Positions 10,166-19,751 are shown, numbered from the stretch's first letter. The stretch: 64,000 nt of DNA from Fibrobacteria bacterium (GCA_050294405.1 JBNKOC010000007.1:119385-183384), one strand, 5' to 3'. Translations and numbers: made by a program. The notes: generated by a model from the letters alone, not told the origin.

Positions 10166-12085
10166 TCACATTAAATTACTAACCGAATAGCTTTTTAGGT
10201 TTCCGTGTGTTATGAACCCTAATTTAGAGTAAATATGTTCGCCTGACTCTGAGGCAACTAATACGACCTGTTTACTTTTATTTTCGAACGATTCAAACAG
10301 TAACTTATTAGTCATGATTTTGCCCAAGCCAAGCCCCCTGTATTCTGGAGTAGTTCCAATCATATGTAATCCGGAAATTCCTTTTTTGTCCAGTAATACC
10401 ATTCCGCAACTTGCATAATTGTTACGATGCTTCCCAATAAATAATTTTAGTTGAGAGGAATTAATTAAAGAAATAATGGTAGATGAAAGAATTTCATAGC
10501 CAAAAGAAAGTGAAGCTATTTTGGCGAACTCAATAGCTTTAACTTCATTGTCAACTTTCCCAATAGAAGCAAAATCATGAATGGGTTTGTTCTTTTTCGT
10601 TAAGTTTAAGTACATCCCCTTTACAATAGATTTTAATTTAAAGTTGTGTGCTAATAATTGAGTTTCTAAAACTTCATTTTCAAGAATGGAGATAGAATCA
10701 GGGATGTTTCCATTTTTTATTTTCTGATATAATTCCTTAAAATTTATTTCTGATTCCTTTAGTTTAAAAACCTTGCTTGGCCAGGAATAATTATCTGGTT
10801 TAACATAGCAGTATTGTTCTTTAACGTGCAGAAATTGACCATTAGAGCCGATATGCTGCCATAATTCAAATAGATTGTCGATGATGTGATCTTTCATATT
10901 TAATGTGTAATTCGAAGAATTAATCATTAGTATGGAAACAACTCCTACTGCCAAAAAAGCTATGACGATAGGTACTATTGAGTCTGTATAAAAACTTCCA
11001 ATAAAAATAGATAAAGGCACCGAGATAATCGTGGATATTGCTCCTACCACAGATGCACCCAATCCCGCAATATGCCCCAATGGCTTCATTGCCATAGCAT
11101 TTAAATTGCCTATTAAAAGCCCATAACTGAAAAGCTGGACGAACATAAAAACCACAAATATCCAAAATGGAATAGTCATAAAATAATTGATAAGTAATAG
11201 GGGGATGGTAAAACTTATGCTACCGATAATAGCCAATCGAGTTATTGTTTTTACTCCCAAACGATTGACTAATTTCCCGTTGATGTATGATGCTAAACCA
11301 ATGCTTAATGCTAAAAATGCAAAATAATAAGGATATTGTTCCCCTAAATGATATTGAAATTCAAATACAACCTGCGAAAGATTTAGATAGGCAATAAATA
11401 CTCCCGAATAAAGCCCAAGAACCAAGATATAGCTCAGTGATGATTTATTTTTAAGGATTTCCTCAGTGGCCTCTCTTAAATGTTTTAAGGTGAATTTCTT
11501 TCGTTTTACTTTTGGCAAAGTCTCAGGCATCCTGAATTTGAACAACAGAAATATTAGGACTGCAAAACCGATATAAATCGCAAATAGGGCTCTCCAGTTC
11601 AATGCGCTTATGATGGATCTTCCAAAGATCGGGGACACTATTGGAGTCACCATATAAATCACCATTATAAAGGAAACGGCCCTTGCCATTTGAACGCCTT
11701 CAAACTTATCCCTCACTATTGCCAAACTTATTACCCTTGGAGCTCCTAAACCAAGACCCTGCATAACTTGGCCTACTAGCAAAACAGTCAGGTTGCTTGA
11801 TTGCCAGGAGATAATACAGCCTATAACAAATAGCACTAACCCAATATAAATGGTAGGTTTGCGTCCAATGCTATCAGAAAATGAACCATATAATAATTGG
11901 CTTATTCCTAACCCCAGATATAACAAAGAGATACTCGAATGTATTTGGTTTTTGTCCTTTAATTGAAAGTCTGTGGAAATACTCTGAAAAGCGGGTAAGA
12001 GCATATTAATGGTAACAGATACCAATGCCATAAGTAATGCTATTAATACAATAAATTCAATGAAACGAATCTCTTTGCCATTCAT
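10166..12085 (-). CDS. Bcr/CflA-type MFS efflux pump fused in frame to a GNAT acetyltransferase, cassette 5
   Basis: GSFSDSIGRKP MFS motif A and ~12 TM segments, then MKDHIIDN... and IGTTPEYRGLGLGK GNAT motif. Confidence 0.8.
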   Translation of the reverse strand: MNGKEIRFIEFIVLIALLMALVSVTINMLLPAFQSISTDFQLKDKNQIHSSISLLYLGLGISQLLYGSFSDSIGRKPTIYIGLVLFVIGCIISWQSSNLTVLLVGQVMQGLGLGAPRVISLAIVRDKFEGVQMARAVSFIMVIYMVTPIVSPIFGRSIISALNWRALFAIYIGFAVLIFLLFKFRMPETLPKVKRKKFTLKHLREATEEILKNKSSLSYILVLGLYSGVFIAYLNLSQVVFEFQYHLGEQYPYYFAFLALSIGLASYINGKLVNRLGVKTITRLAIIGSISFTIPLLLINYFMTIPFWIFVVFMFVQLFSYGLLIGNLNAMAMKPLGHIAGLGASVVGAISTIISVPLSIFIGSFYTDSIVPIVIAFLAVGVVSILMINSSNYTLNMKDHIIDNLFELWQHIGSNGQFLHVKEQYCYVKPDNYSWPSKVFKLKESEINFKELYQKIKNGNIPDSISILENEVLETQLLAHNFKLKSIVKGMYLNLTKKNKPIHDFASIGKVDNEVKAIEFAKIASLSFGYEILSSTIISLINSSQLKLFIGKHRNNYASCGMVLLDKKGISGLHMIGTTPEYRGLGLGKIMTNKLLFESFENKSKQVVLVASESGEHIYSKLGFITHGNLKSYSVSNLM

Positions 12086-12137
12086 ATGACAAAGGTATGA
12101 ATTGATTTGGCCGATTTCCTTAATCTGGATTAAGAAA

Positions 12138-12713
12138 TCATTTTTTGACTAGCTGATTTCTCACCTTACTTAGATGTTCGGGGCTAAGATTAAGATAAGA
12201 AGCAATTATATATTGAGGAACACGATTTTCAATATGTCCATATTTCCTCCTAAATTCCAAATAACGTTCTTCTGCTGATTGGTTAAGTTGTCTAAAAGCT
12301 CTATTGTACAATCTTGTGTAAGACTGCTCTAGCTTTATACGAGCAAACCTCTCTATTGAAGGAACTTCTTTAAAAAGATTTTCAAAATCATTCCGGTGAA
12401 TCTGGAGTATGGTTGTATTTTCTAACGTCTCAATATGGTTTTCACTAGGAGTCTGTGTGTAATAGCTATAAAGGTCATTAACCCACATTTTTTCAATTCC
12501 TATTTGTGTCGTCACCTCTTTTCCATGTTTATCAATGGTGTAAACCCTAACGAGCCCTTCTTCTATAAACCGAAGGTGATTAGATGCTTTTCCAATGCAA
12601 GGAATGAAATTTGATTTGCTGAAGGTTTTGGAATGAAATTGAGCAATTACTTTCTCTAAATCAACGTCATTTACATCAATGGTTGCCTTTATGTCCTTTA
12701 TTAGATTTTTCAT
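12138..12713 (-). CDS. Crp/Fnr-family regulator, cassette 5
   Basis: FIEEGLVRVY...SAEERY...VPQYIIASYLNLSPEHLSKVR. Confidence 0.9.
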   Translation of the reverse strand: MKNLIKDIKATIDVNDVDLEKVIAQFHSKTFSKSNFIPCIGKASNHLRFIEEGLVRVYTIDKHGKEVTTQIGIEKMWVNDLYSYYTQTPSENHIETLENTTILQIHRNDFENLFKEVPSIERFARIKLEQSYTRLYNRAFRQLNQSAEERYLEFRRKYGHIENRVPQYIIASYLNLSPEHLSKVRNQLVKK

Positions 12714-12720
12714 TTAATGT

Positions 12721-12855
12721 ATTACAACGTTTATTGTAAGGTGTCGTAAGGGGTTGCGGGCATCTTTACTGTCAAACCGCTACGCAGTTTGAGCGGGATA
12801 CAAACCTTGAAATTAAGTACTTTACCTGCCATTACTTATACAAAATGTTGGCGGT
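12721..12855. repeat. attC-like hairpin site
   Basis: attacaac...gttggcggt; right ~80 bp nearly identical to the 19608-19744 site. Confidence 0.85.
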
Positions 12856-13284
12856 TCGTTGTTTTTCCTCAGTCATTATAGCTTTTTCTATTTCAATCAT
12901 TATTCTATTCCAATACGATTTCATTTCTTTTCTCTGGTTTTCGTCTATAAGTTTTTCTTGATGAAAAATAATTGTTGCTTTTTCACTATTGCCAATTACA
13001 CGAACTTGAACAGTTGATATATTACCCCAATTTTTCTTTTTCCAAGTCATGCGTATATGAGAATTCGGCGTAAAGACTCTCACAAGTCCTTCAATTCCGT
13101 CTTTAGTTTTATAGGCTTTTTTGATTTCCAATTCACCTTCAAGTTTTCCAAGCCAAAGTTTTAAACCTTTATCTGAAAACATAAAGTCCCATAAGTATTC
13201 CTGTGAATACGGAAACGTTTTTCTCAGTCCAAACTGCCAACCAACATCTTTAGTAAATCCAACCTGTTTATCTTGATTTTTCAT
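12832..13284 (-). CDS. SRPBCC/START-domain protein, cassette 4
   Basis: LWDFMFSDKGLKLWLG...HIRMTW...IIFHQEKL; stop codon lies inside the attC-like site (tail RTANILYK). Confidence 0.75.
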   Translation of the reverse strand: MKNQDKQVGFTKDVGWQFGLRKTFPYSQEYLWDFMFSDKGLKLWLGKLEGELEIKKAYKTKDGIEGLVRVFTPNSHIRMTWKKKNWGNISTVQVRVIGNSEKATIIFHQEKLIDENQRKEMKSYWNRIMIEIEKAIMTEEKQRTANILYK

Positions 13285-13295
13285 AATTAAAACTG

Positions 13296-13706
13296 CTATT
13301 TTTCAGGAATGAATGCCGTTGCATCAATCTCAACTAAAAAATCTGGGTTTGCCAAACCCGCAACAATAAGAACAGAAATTGCAGGTGAATTTTCCATCTG
13401 TCCAAGATATTTTTGAGAAGCCTGAAAACCGATATATAAATCCTGTCCTTGAACCATATATATAGTTAGTTTTATAATATTGTCAAAGGTCGCCCCACAT
13501 GCTGATAGTGCAGTTCGTAAATTCTCCATTACCTGCTCTGTCTGTCTTCCAATGTCTCCCTTACCAACTATTTCTCCTTGTGCATTTACTGAATCTTGTC
13601 CACCGATATAGATTGTTGTTCCATTTCCTTATGTTGTCACAACTTGAGAAAAAGCAGGATTTCTGAAAAGTTTGTCAGGGTTGAAATGTTTTATATGTTC
13701 TTTCAT
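13296..13706 (-). pseudogene. RidA/YjgF-family protein with an in-frame nonsense codon, cassette 4
   Basis: ATG at 13706 (MKEHIKHFNPDKLFRNPAFSQVVTT), TAA at 13629-13631, then GNGTTIYIGGQ...LVEIDATA in the same frame. Confidence 0.85.
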
Positions 13707-13748
13707 TTATTCAATTTTTTAATGTATGTATTCATGTCGCTCTACAAT

Positions 13749-13884
13749 ACCGCTAACGTTTTGCGGGTTTTAGAAGTGCGGGAATTCGGAGCACAAACTT
13801 GTCCCCCAGCACAAAAGTTTGATAGATGCACAATTGTTCAATTACCCACTTCACTCCGCATTTCTTAAACCCGCTGTTAGCTGT
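13749..13884. repeat. attC-like hairpin site
   Basis: accgctaac...gttagctgt; arms gcgggttttagaagtgcgg / ccgcatttcttaaacccgc. Confidence 0.9.
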
Positions 13885-13902
13885 AGTTCTCATCCCCAAA
13901 TG

Positions 13903-15180
13903 TCACACGAAGTCAGGATTTTTTGTCCTGTAGAATTCTGTATACTTTAATTTATTTATTATTTCAAGAGCTAATTCTTTTTCAACCTTATCTTGGATGA
14001 TTTTTTTTAAGTTAAGTAAGATAAAATCTAAAGAACTTGTTCTATGAACTATTGGAGTTCTTGTTAAACCATCCGCAAGTAATTGTAAAATATTTTTTCT
14101 TGATGATGAACCCCATTCATTTTGAAAACTATTTTGTTCTGTCAAATGACCCCAAGTAATGGCGGTATTGTTTGTTCCAGTGAGTTCCGTAATGCTGTAT
14201 CCTTTTCCTGTATGGTCAATGTTTGTCATCCAAGGTGAACTTAATGATGAATTGTTCAGTTCTAATTTCGCTGCTTGAATAAACAATCCCTCTTTTATAT
14301 CTAAGTTTATATTGTTCCCGTACTTTAGTTTTAGTGGTAAAATTATTTTACTGTTTATTTTGTCAGCAAGTTCAGGAAAGAACGAAGCATGTGGTTGAGG
14401 AACTAAAGGGTAATTGTCTTTAAAATGCGCAAGTCTTGGACGAAATGAAATGAAAGAAATACCTCCCTGTGATTTGTCAATTAGGTAATCTAATTTTTTA
14501 TAAATTGCAGTAATCTCTGTATCTGGAAGATTTGCACTAAGTGTGAAGCCAACTCCAAACCCCGTATAAGAAATTGACTTTGCGACAATAGCTGCATTTA
14601 TTATATTTTCTGAAACAGTTTTAAATTCAGATTCTTCAAGAAGATAAGTTTTTGAATATTGCTCTGCTGTTCCAGCATCTAAACTAATACGAAAAAAGTC
14701 AGGGTTTCTAAGAAATAATTCTTTTGCAAGTTTAGGAGTAAGTAACAATCCGTTAGTGAATAAAGCCCACTTTAAAGAATAATTATTTATAATTTGAGTA
14801 ATCTGAACTATTTGAGGATGAAGTAAAGGTTCTCCACCACCAGTTAAAATAATTGATTTTACTTTTGCCTCTTTTAACTCATGAACTATCCTTTTGCAAT
14901 CGTTAAGTTTAAATAATTTTAGTTCGTTCGTTGAGTCCGCTTCATCTCTTGCACCTGATAAACGGTTTGGACATAGCGGACACCTTGCATTGCATGATAG
15001 GCTTGGCCATAATTCTACTGTAACAGGATTGATCGCATGATTATTACCTGTAATAAATTGTAGAAGCCTGTCGCTATGTTGAAAAATTCTCAATCCATCA
15101 TAAGCAATATGCGATTTCCCTTGTATGGTAACATACTTTGTTAAATCAATTATTTCATTTGTTATCCTTGATGTTGTCAT
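13903..15180 (-). CDS. Radical SAM enzyme, cassette 3
   Basis: CNARCPLC (CxxxCxxC), TGGGEPLLH, FTNG, RISLDAG. Confidence 0.9.
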   Translation of the reverse strand: MTTSRITNEIIDLTKYVTIQGKSHIAYDGLRIFQHSDRLLQFITGNNHAINPVTVELWPSLSCNARCPLCPNRLSGARDEADSTNELKLFKLNDCKRIVHELKEAKVKSIILTGGGEPLLHPQIVQITQIINNYSLKWALFTNGLLLTPKLAKELFLRNPDFFRISLDAGTAEQYSKTYLLEESEFKTVSENIINAAIVAKSISYTGFGVGFTLSANLPDTEITAIYKKLDYLIDKSQGGISFISFRPRLAHFKDNYPLVPQPHASFFPELADKINSKIILPLKLKYGNNINLDIKEGLFIQAAKLELNNSSLSSPWMTNIDHTGKGYSITELTGTNNTAITWGHLTEQNSFQNEWGSSSRKNILQLLADGLTRTPIVHRTSSLDFILLNLKKIIQDKVEKELALEIINKLKYTEFYRTKNPDFV

Positions 15181-15182
15181 TG

Positions 15183-16319
15183 TTATGATGGTATCAATAC
15201 AAGTCCGTTTTCCTTCAAATAGTTTTTACCAAATTCCCCACTGTTACCTAAAGAATTCAAAAGAGAATCACTCTTCTCAAATAAGCTCCAACCTAGACTT
15301 TTAAATTTCTCAATCCAGTATTCTTTTGGTCTGCAATTGACATGGAAATATCCTATTTGTTCAGGTGTTGCAGCGGAAAAGAAGATCACTTTTTTGCAAT
15401 TTGATATTATTGTCTTTATTACATTATCCTCAAACTCCGAAGGAATATGCTCACATACCTCTACGCTCCAAACCAAATCAAATTTTGCAGGTAGATTCAA
15501 CCATTGATAAATAAAATCAATCTGAATAATTTGTTCCTTGTTAGGAATATCATTTTTGAAAATAGCTTGATTCCCTTCTAATCCCCAACAATCAATTCCG
15601 AACTCTTTAAACAATCCAATTGATAAACCCAATCCGCAACCAACATCTAATGCGGTTTTTACTTCAAAGGTTGCTTTTAAATGTTTAACGAGTTCTTCAT
15701 CCCACTCAATTGCATTTTTAAAATGCCCGCCTAAATACGGCTTACTTGAAACAGGAAAGTTCTCAATTAAATTTATTCTGCTTTGAGGTTTACTTCTTTT
15801 CAAAAAATCAAGAATGAGATTATTTGCTTCAATGGGTTTAATAATTTCCGTGTCTATTTTGAACCATTTTGTAAATCTGCTTATCTCTAACCATTCTTCA
15901 AGTGCAGATATACTTCCATAACACCGAGCAATATAATTTTCAGGCACTTGATAAGTTCTTTTCTTGTTGCGTTCTAATAAGGATTTAAGAGGACAATTTG
16001 ATAAAACGATTAAATGAAAATCATCTAAGTTTAGCTGTTTTGTTTTAAGTAATGAAAGGTAATCGTGGTGAGGAAATTCAATAATTGAGTTATTCTTCTT
16101 AGATGATTCAATTCCTTTAGATAAAAAAGTATCGGTAACATTTGCAATAAAATCGTCTGTCAATATGCCTGTTTGATTTAGTTTTTTTGCTGTTTCAATA
16201 ATAAAATCGTCCAAATTATAATGCACAAATTTATACTCACTAACTTTCAATAGCTCTTTGATTATTGAACTTTTCCCAGATGCAGGCGTACCTATTAAAA
16301 GAATTCTTACATTAGTCAT
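15183..16319 (-). CDS. P-loop NMP-kinase-like domain fused to a class I SAM methyltransferase, cassette 3
   Basis: GTPASGKS Walker A and ERNKKR lid; LDVGCGLG, FDLVWSVEVCEHI. Confidence 0.8.
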   Translation of the reverse strand: MTNVRILLIGTPASGKSSIIKELLKVSEYKFVHYNLDDFIIETAKKLNQTGILTDDFIANVTDTFLSKGIESSKKNNSIIEFPHHDYLSLLKTKQLNLDDFHLIVLSNCPLKSLLERNKKRTYQVPENYIARCYGSISALEEWLEISRFTKWFKIDTEIIKPIEANNLILDFLKRSKPQSRINLIENFPVSSKPYLGGHFKNAIEWDEELVKHLKATFEVKTALDVGCGLGLSIGLFKEFGIDCWGLEGNQAIFKNDIPNKEQIIQIDFIYQWLNLPAKFDLVWSVEVCEHIPSEFEDNVIKTIISNCKKVIFFSAATPEQIGYFHVNCRPKEYWIEKFKSLGWSLFEKSDSLLNSLGNSGEFGKNYLKENGLVLIPS

Positions 16320-17158
16320 ACTGTATTCAATTCAGTTGTTTGTGATTCTGGTAAATAATGTTTGCACTTGACACAAACCGGACTAAAGCTCCAGTCTGCT
16401 TTTTGATGATGTTCTCTGTATTGGTTAATTATTTCTGAATTCCATAAGTCCAAAAACGAATTATTGGAAATGTTTCCAATAATATATTCTTCATGTCCTT
16501 TGAATTCAGGAAACACATTGCAACACATTTTTAAATTGCCCAAATAATCAATAGAGGCTGAATGATACGTCATTAAACATTTTACAATTCTTTTTTCTTC
16601 AAGGAAATCATGTGTTGTGCCACCCCGCCAATTGTAAGCCTCAATATTAGGATTGATTATTTCAATTTCACATTTATTCAGAACTGCTGCCATAGCTAAA
16701 CCCTGTCTAACATTTTTCGCTTCCCAAGTTATTTCTTTTAACTTTTTTTTCTCAATCCATTCATTGATTTTATCGTATCCTTTTGAGGAATCCTTTAATG
16801 AAGGATACAATGTTGTACGAATATATGATACACCTGCATCCAATAAATATCGTAAAAGAGATTGGTTTAAATAATCACCATTCGTAAAAACGCTTGGTCG
16901 CACAGAAGGGAGAAGTGATTTTGCAAACCTTACCTCTTCAATAATTCTTTTATTAGCTAAAGGCTCATTGTAATTATGAAATGCTAACCATCCAGAGTAT
17001 TCCAGTGATTTCAATTCAATCAAGAATTTTTCAAATAAGAACCACGGCATTAGCTGTTGGTCGCTACGAAAATCAAAAGAACCGTTGGGACACCAACTAC
17101 AATGTCTGTTACAGAATCTTGAAGTTTCTATCTCAATATATTTTGGGAAATTTTGCAT
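16316..17158 (-). CDS. Radical SAM/SPASM(twitch) protein, cassette 3
   Basis: CNRHCSWC; C-terminal C...GNLKMCC...IGNI...CVKC. Confidence 0.9.
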   Translation of the reverse strand: MQNFPKYIEIETSRFCNRHCSWCPNGSFDFRSDQQLMPWFLFEKFLIELKSLEYSGWLAFHNYNEPLANKRIIEEVRFAKSLLPSVRPSVFTNGDYLNQSLLRYLLDAGVSYIRTTLYPSLKDSSKGYDKINEWIEKKKLKEITWEAKNVRQGLAMAAVLNKCEIEIINPNIEAYNWRGGTTHDFLEEKRIVKCLMTYHSASIDYLGNLKMCCNVFPEFKGHEEYIIGNISNNSFLDLWNSEIINQYREHHQKADWSFSPVCVKCKHYLPESQTTELNTV

Positions 17159-17162
17159 CTGA

Positions 17163-18290
17163 TTATTTAAGTAGATTCATAATGATTTTTGCCGCTTGTT
17201 CTCTACCTTTTGTTCCTATTTTTTTTAATTGTAACGAGTGATTACTTCTATTGTTTGAATGTAAAATGGTTAGCTTTTCATTCAAATATTTATCAAGAGC
17301 TCGTGAAAAATTAGTGATTGACTTTTCATTTATTGTTATTGATTGATTAAAGTTTTGAATCCTCTTTGTAACAATTTCAAGTTTTTTATTTTGTGTTTCA
17401 TAAAATATTTTTTCATATTCCTGGCACCAAAGTGATTTGTAGGAGTTAAATTCTTTTTGATAAATAATAGACTGAAACAACTGTGTTCCATTGTATGGTA
17501 AGAGAAAAAAAATTTCAGTATTAGTGAATAATCCTTCTAAAACTGTTTCAAGTCCTGGAGAAGTCAATAGTATATTAGAATTTGAAAGCAAATCTGCAAA
17601 CAGTTCAATTGACGGGAATTCTATTTGACTTATTGGAAAAATATTTTCAAAATATTCTTTGTTTTGAATTAAATATGAGGGCAAACAGATTTTACTTTTA
17701 AGTGAAGAAAAGACCTCTGATTGATTTAGAATGTTTGATACCAAAAGAATGTAGTTCAAATCTGAATCAGGAAGGCACATTGGTGATTTTAACCCTCCAA
17801 AATTTACAAGTATATCGTGCTTTTGGTTTCTTATTTTAGAATGGATAAGATTAAAGGGTAAAATTGTTTCAATTAGTTGTCCATTGTGTGGCATTTCTAA
17901 CTGCTCAATGAAGTCTGCTTTAAAGAACTTTTGTATTAAGTACACAGAAGCTAAGTTTGAATAAGGCGGCATTTCATCTCTTAGCCAAAATAAAGTATCA
18001 ACAAATACAGATTTAACTTTGTATTCGTTTGAAATTTTCAAACACCTGTAGTCTAATCCTGTGATTAGTAATTCAGATTTTTTGAGTTGTTCTACAGCTT
18101 TGATATTCCATTCATTTCTGTGCGTAATTTCAATTGTTTGAATGAAATCACATTTTTGAACCAGTGAAAGTCCTGGCTCCATTCCGACATAGAAAAAGCT
18201 CAATTTGTCTTTAAGTTCTGTCGCTATGGAAATGATTTTACTTGTCGGTCCATAGCTATATGGTGCAGATGTCAGAATTACTTTTTTCAA
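17163..18290 (-). CDS. GT-B glycosyltransferase resembling the cytosylglucuronate (CGA) synthase family (BlsD/MilC-like), cassette 3
   Basis: YSYGPTSK, FVDTLFW, LVNFGG and TSPGLETVLE...LPYNGTQ motifs; ORF-track start is TTG. Confidence 0.55.
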   Translation of the reverse strand: MKKVILTSAPYSYGPTSKIISIATELKDKLSFFYVGMEPGLSLVQKCDFIQTIEITHRNEWNIKAVEQLKKSELLITGLDYRCLKISNEYKVKSVFVDTLFWLRDEMPPYSNLASVYLIQKFFKADFIEQLEMPHNGQLIETILPFNLIHSKIRNQKHDILVNFGGLKSPMCLPDSDLNYILLVSNILNQSEVFSSLKSKICLPSYLIQNKEYFENIFPISQIEFPSIELFADLLSNSNILLTSPGLETVLEGLFTNTEIFFLLPYNGTQLFQSIIYQKEFNSYKSLWCQEYEKIFYETQNKKLEIVTKRIQNFNQSITINEKSITNFSRALDKYLNEKLTILHSNNRSNHSLQLKKIGTKGREQAAKIIMNLLK

Positions 18291-18306
18291 TGGTCACAAA
18301 AGAATT

Positions 18307-18442
18307 ACATCTAACGGTTGGCAGCTACCCAAAGGGCGGGGTTTTTACCACAAAACTTCATTTGAAAAACTAATGTTCGATTAACCACAAAACTGTCTTT
18401 GGAACACAAAAACCCGCCCTTTGGGTAGCTGCTGTTACCTAC
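18307..18442. repeat. attC-like hairpin site
   Basis: acatctaac...gttacctac; perfect 20-bp arms gcagctacccaaagggcggg / cccgccctttgggtagctgc. Confidence 0.92.
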
Positions 18443-18485
18443 TGCCTTACTGTTTTCCATAAAGTGATGCTCTGTCATTATCGTG

Positions 18486-19550
18486 TTATTGCTCCCGAAT
18501 ATTGTCAAGCCACTCCCTATCAATATTTACAACAAAGAAAGGAAGTTGCCTGTTTCCTTGCTGTCTTGTGAAAATAAAAATCCTTGAAAAGAATTGCTCC
18601 TTTAAATTTATTGCTACTGCTTTGTCTAGGCTATACTCTCCCCACATTTTCATTATTCTGTCTGGGACGAAAAATTTAAATTCTGAATGTCTATTACTGT
18701 CAACTAAATCAAGTGTCCAAACATTTGGCTGTTGTCTGTAATAATGAATTTGTGCTCTCACCCCTTCAAACCTTGATTGTTGGGAAAGGAAGTTGATACT
18801 GTTCTCTCCTTCAGCAAAAAGAAAAATCAAATCTCCTGTTTCTATTAGTCCGATAAAACTTGTATCAATCTTATTTTCAAACTCACGAATTATTCGCCCA
18901 ATGATATTGTCGCTTTGAATAAAGTCCCTTACCCCTTCATGTTGATCGCTTGCATCTTTTCTTTTGTCTTTAAGTGTAGAATAAATTCTGTTGCGAATTG
19001 GTTGTGGAATTGAGTTAACATACGGAAGTAAAATATTATGGAACAAATTACAAATGTGATTAGGAAGAAACCACCTCATTGATAAAAGTGGTATTTTGTT
19101 GTTTGCTGCGAACTCAATTGCTGATGCACTAAAATGTTCAACTGAGGCTACGCCTACTTGATAGTTGAAACGTTTTCGGTCTGAGATAGCATAGTTTGCT
19201 CGTCTGTTGTTTTTCCGTTGTTGAATTGAAGCATCTGTAACAATTTCAAATTCGTTAATGTCGTAGCGAAGTCCAAGAGCATTTCTAACAACATTAAGCC
19301 CAACTGTTTTTTGATATGCTTTGCACTCAAAGAGAAGCCGAGAAGGATAGGAAAAAGGTAGTTGAATCGGTGGCTCCATTAAAACATCAGCATCATGAGC
19401 AGCTCCTTTGCCATTAATAAAAAACAGCCCAGTTCCGTTTTGCTCATAGATATAATGTCCGTCAGGCCTAACCGAACCGAAGCCGCAATTTTGCAAGAGT
19501 TGTCTTACAAGATATTCAAGTAATGTTCCTTTCAGTTGTCCAGGCGTCAT
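18486..19550 (-). CDS. PD-(D/E)XK restriction-endonuclease-like protein, cassette 2
   Basis: KGTLLEYLV (motif I), DADVL (motif II), LFECKAY (motif III). Confidence 0.7.
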   Translation of the reverse strand: MTPGQLKGTLLEYLVRQLLQNCGFGSVRPDGHYIYEQNGTGLFFINGKGAAHDADVLMEPPIQLPFSYPSRLLFECKAYQKTVGLNVVRNALGLRYDINEFEIVTDASIQQRKNNRRANYAISDRKRFNYQVGVASVEHFSASAIEFAANNKIPLLSMRWFLPNHICNLFHNILLPYVNSIPQPIRNRIYSTLKDKRKDASDQHEGVRDFIQSDNIIGRIIREFENKIDTSFIGLIETGDLIFLFAEGENSINFLSQQSRFEGVRAQIHYYRQQPNVWTLDLVDSNRHSEFKFFVPDRIMKMWGEYSLDKAVAINLKEQFFSRIFIFTRQQGNRQLPFFVVNIDREWLDNIREQ

Positions 19551-19607
19551 TGTCGTTTCCGTTTATTTGAAGTCTGTTATGTCAAGTTTGCACTGTCCCA
19601 AAAGGTT

Positions 19608-19744
19608 GCAGGTAACGGTAAATTGTATGAGTAGTGGCAGATTGCGTGGTACTTTCCTGTCAAACCACTACGCAGTTTGAGCGGGCTACAAACCTTGAAA
19701 TTTAGCACTTTGCCTGCCATTACTTATACAAAATGTTAGGGTGC
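19608..19744. repeat. attC-like hairpin site
   Basis: gcaggtaac...gttagggtgc; arms ttgtatgagtagtggcag / ctgccattacttatacaa. Confidence 0.92.
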
Positions 19745-19751
19745 GTTATTG

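Noticed and set aside
13596..13868. 90-aa plus-strand ORF
   Set aside because: Overlaps the hairpin and is antisense to the RidA pseudogene.
18311..18523. 70-aa minus-strand ORF
   Set aside because: Mostly a translation of the hairpin site.
8597..19744. CRISPR array or REP/MITE interpretation of the repeats
   Set aside because: Units are ~135 bp, divergent and separated by whole genes. No cas genes or target-site duplications are visible, and end complementarity is per cassette rather than per repeat.
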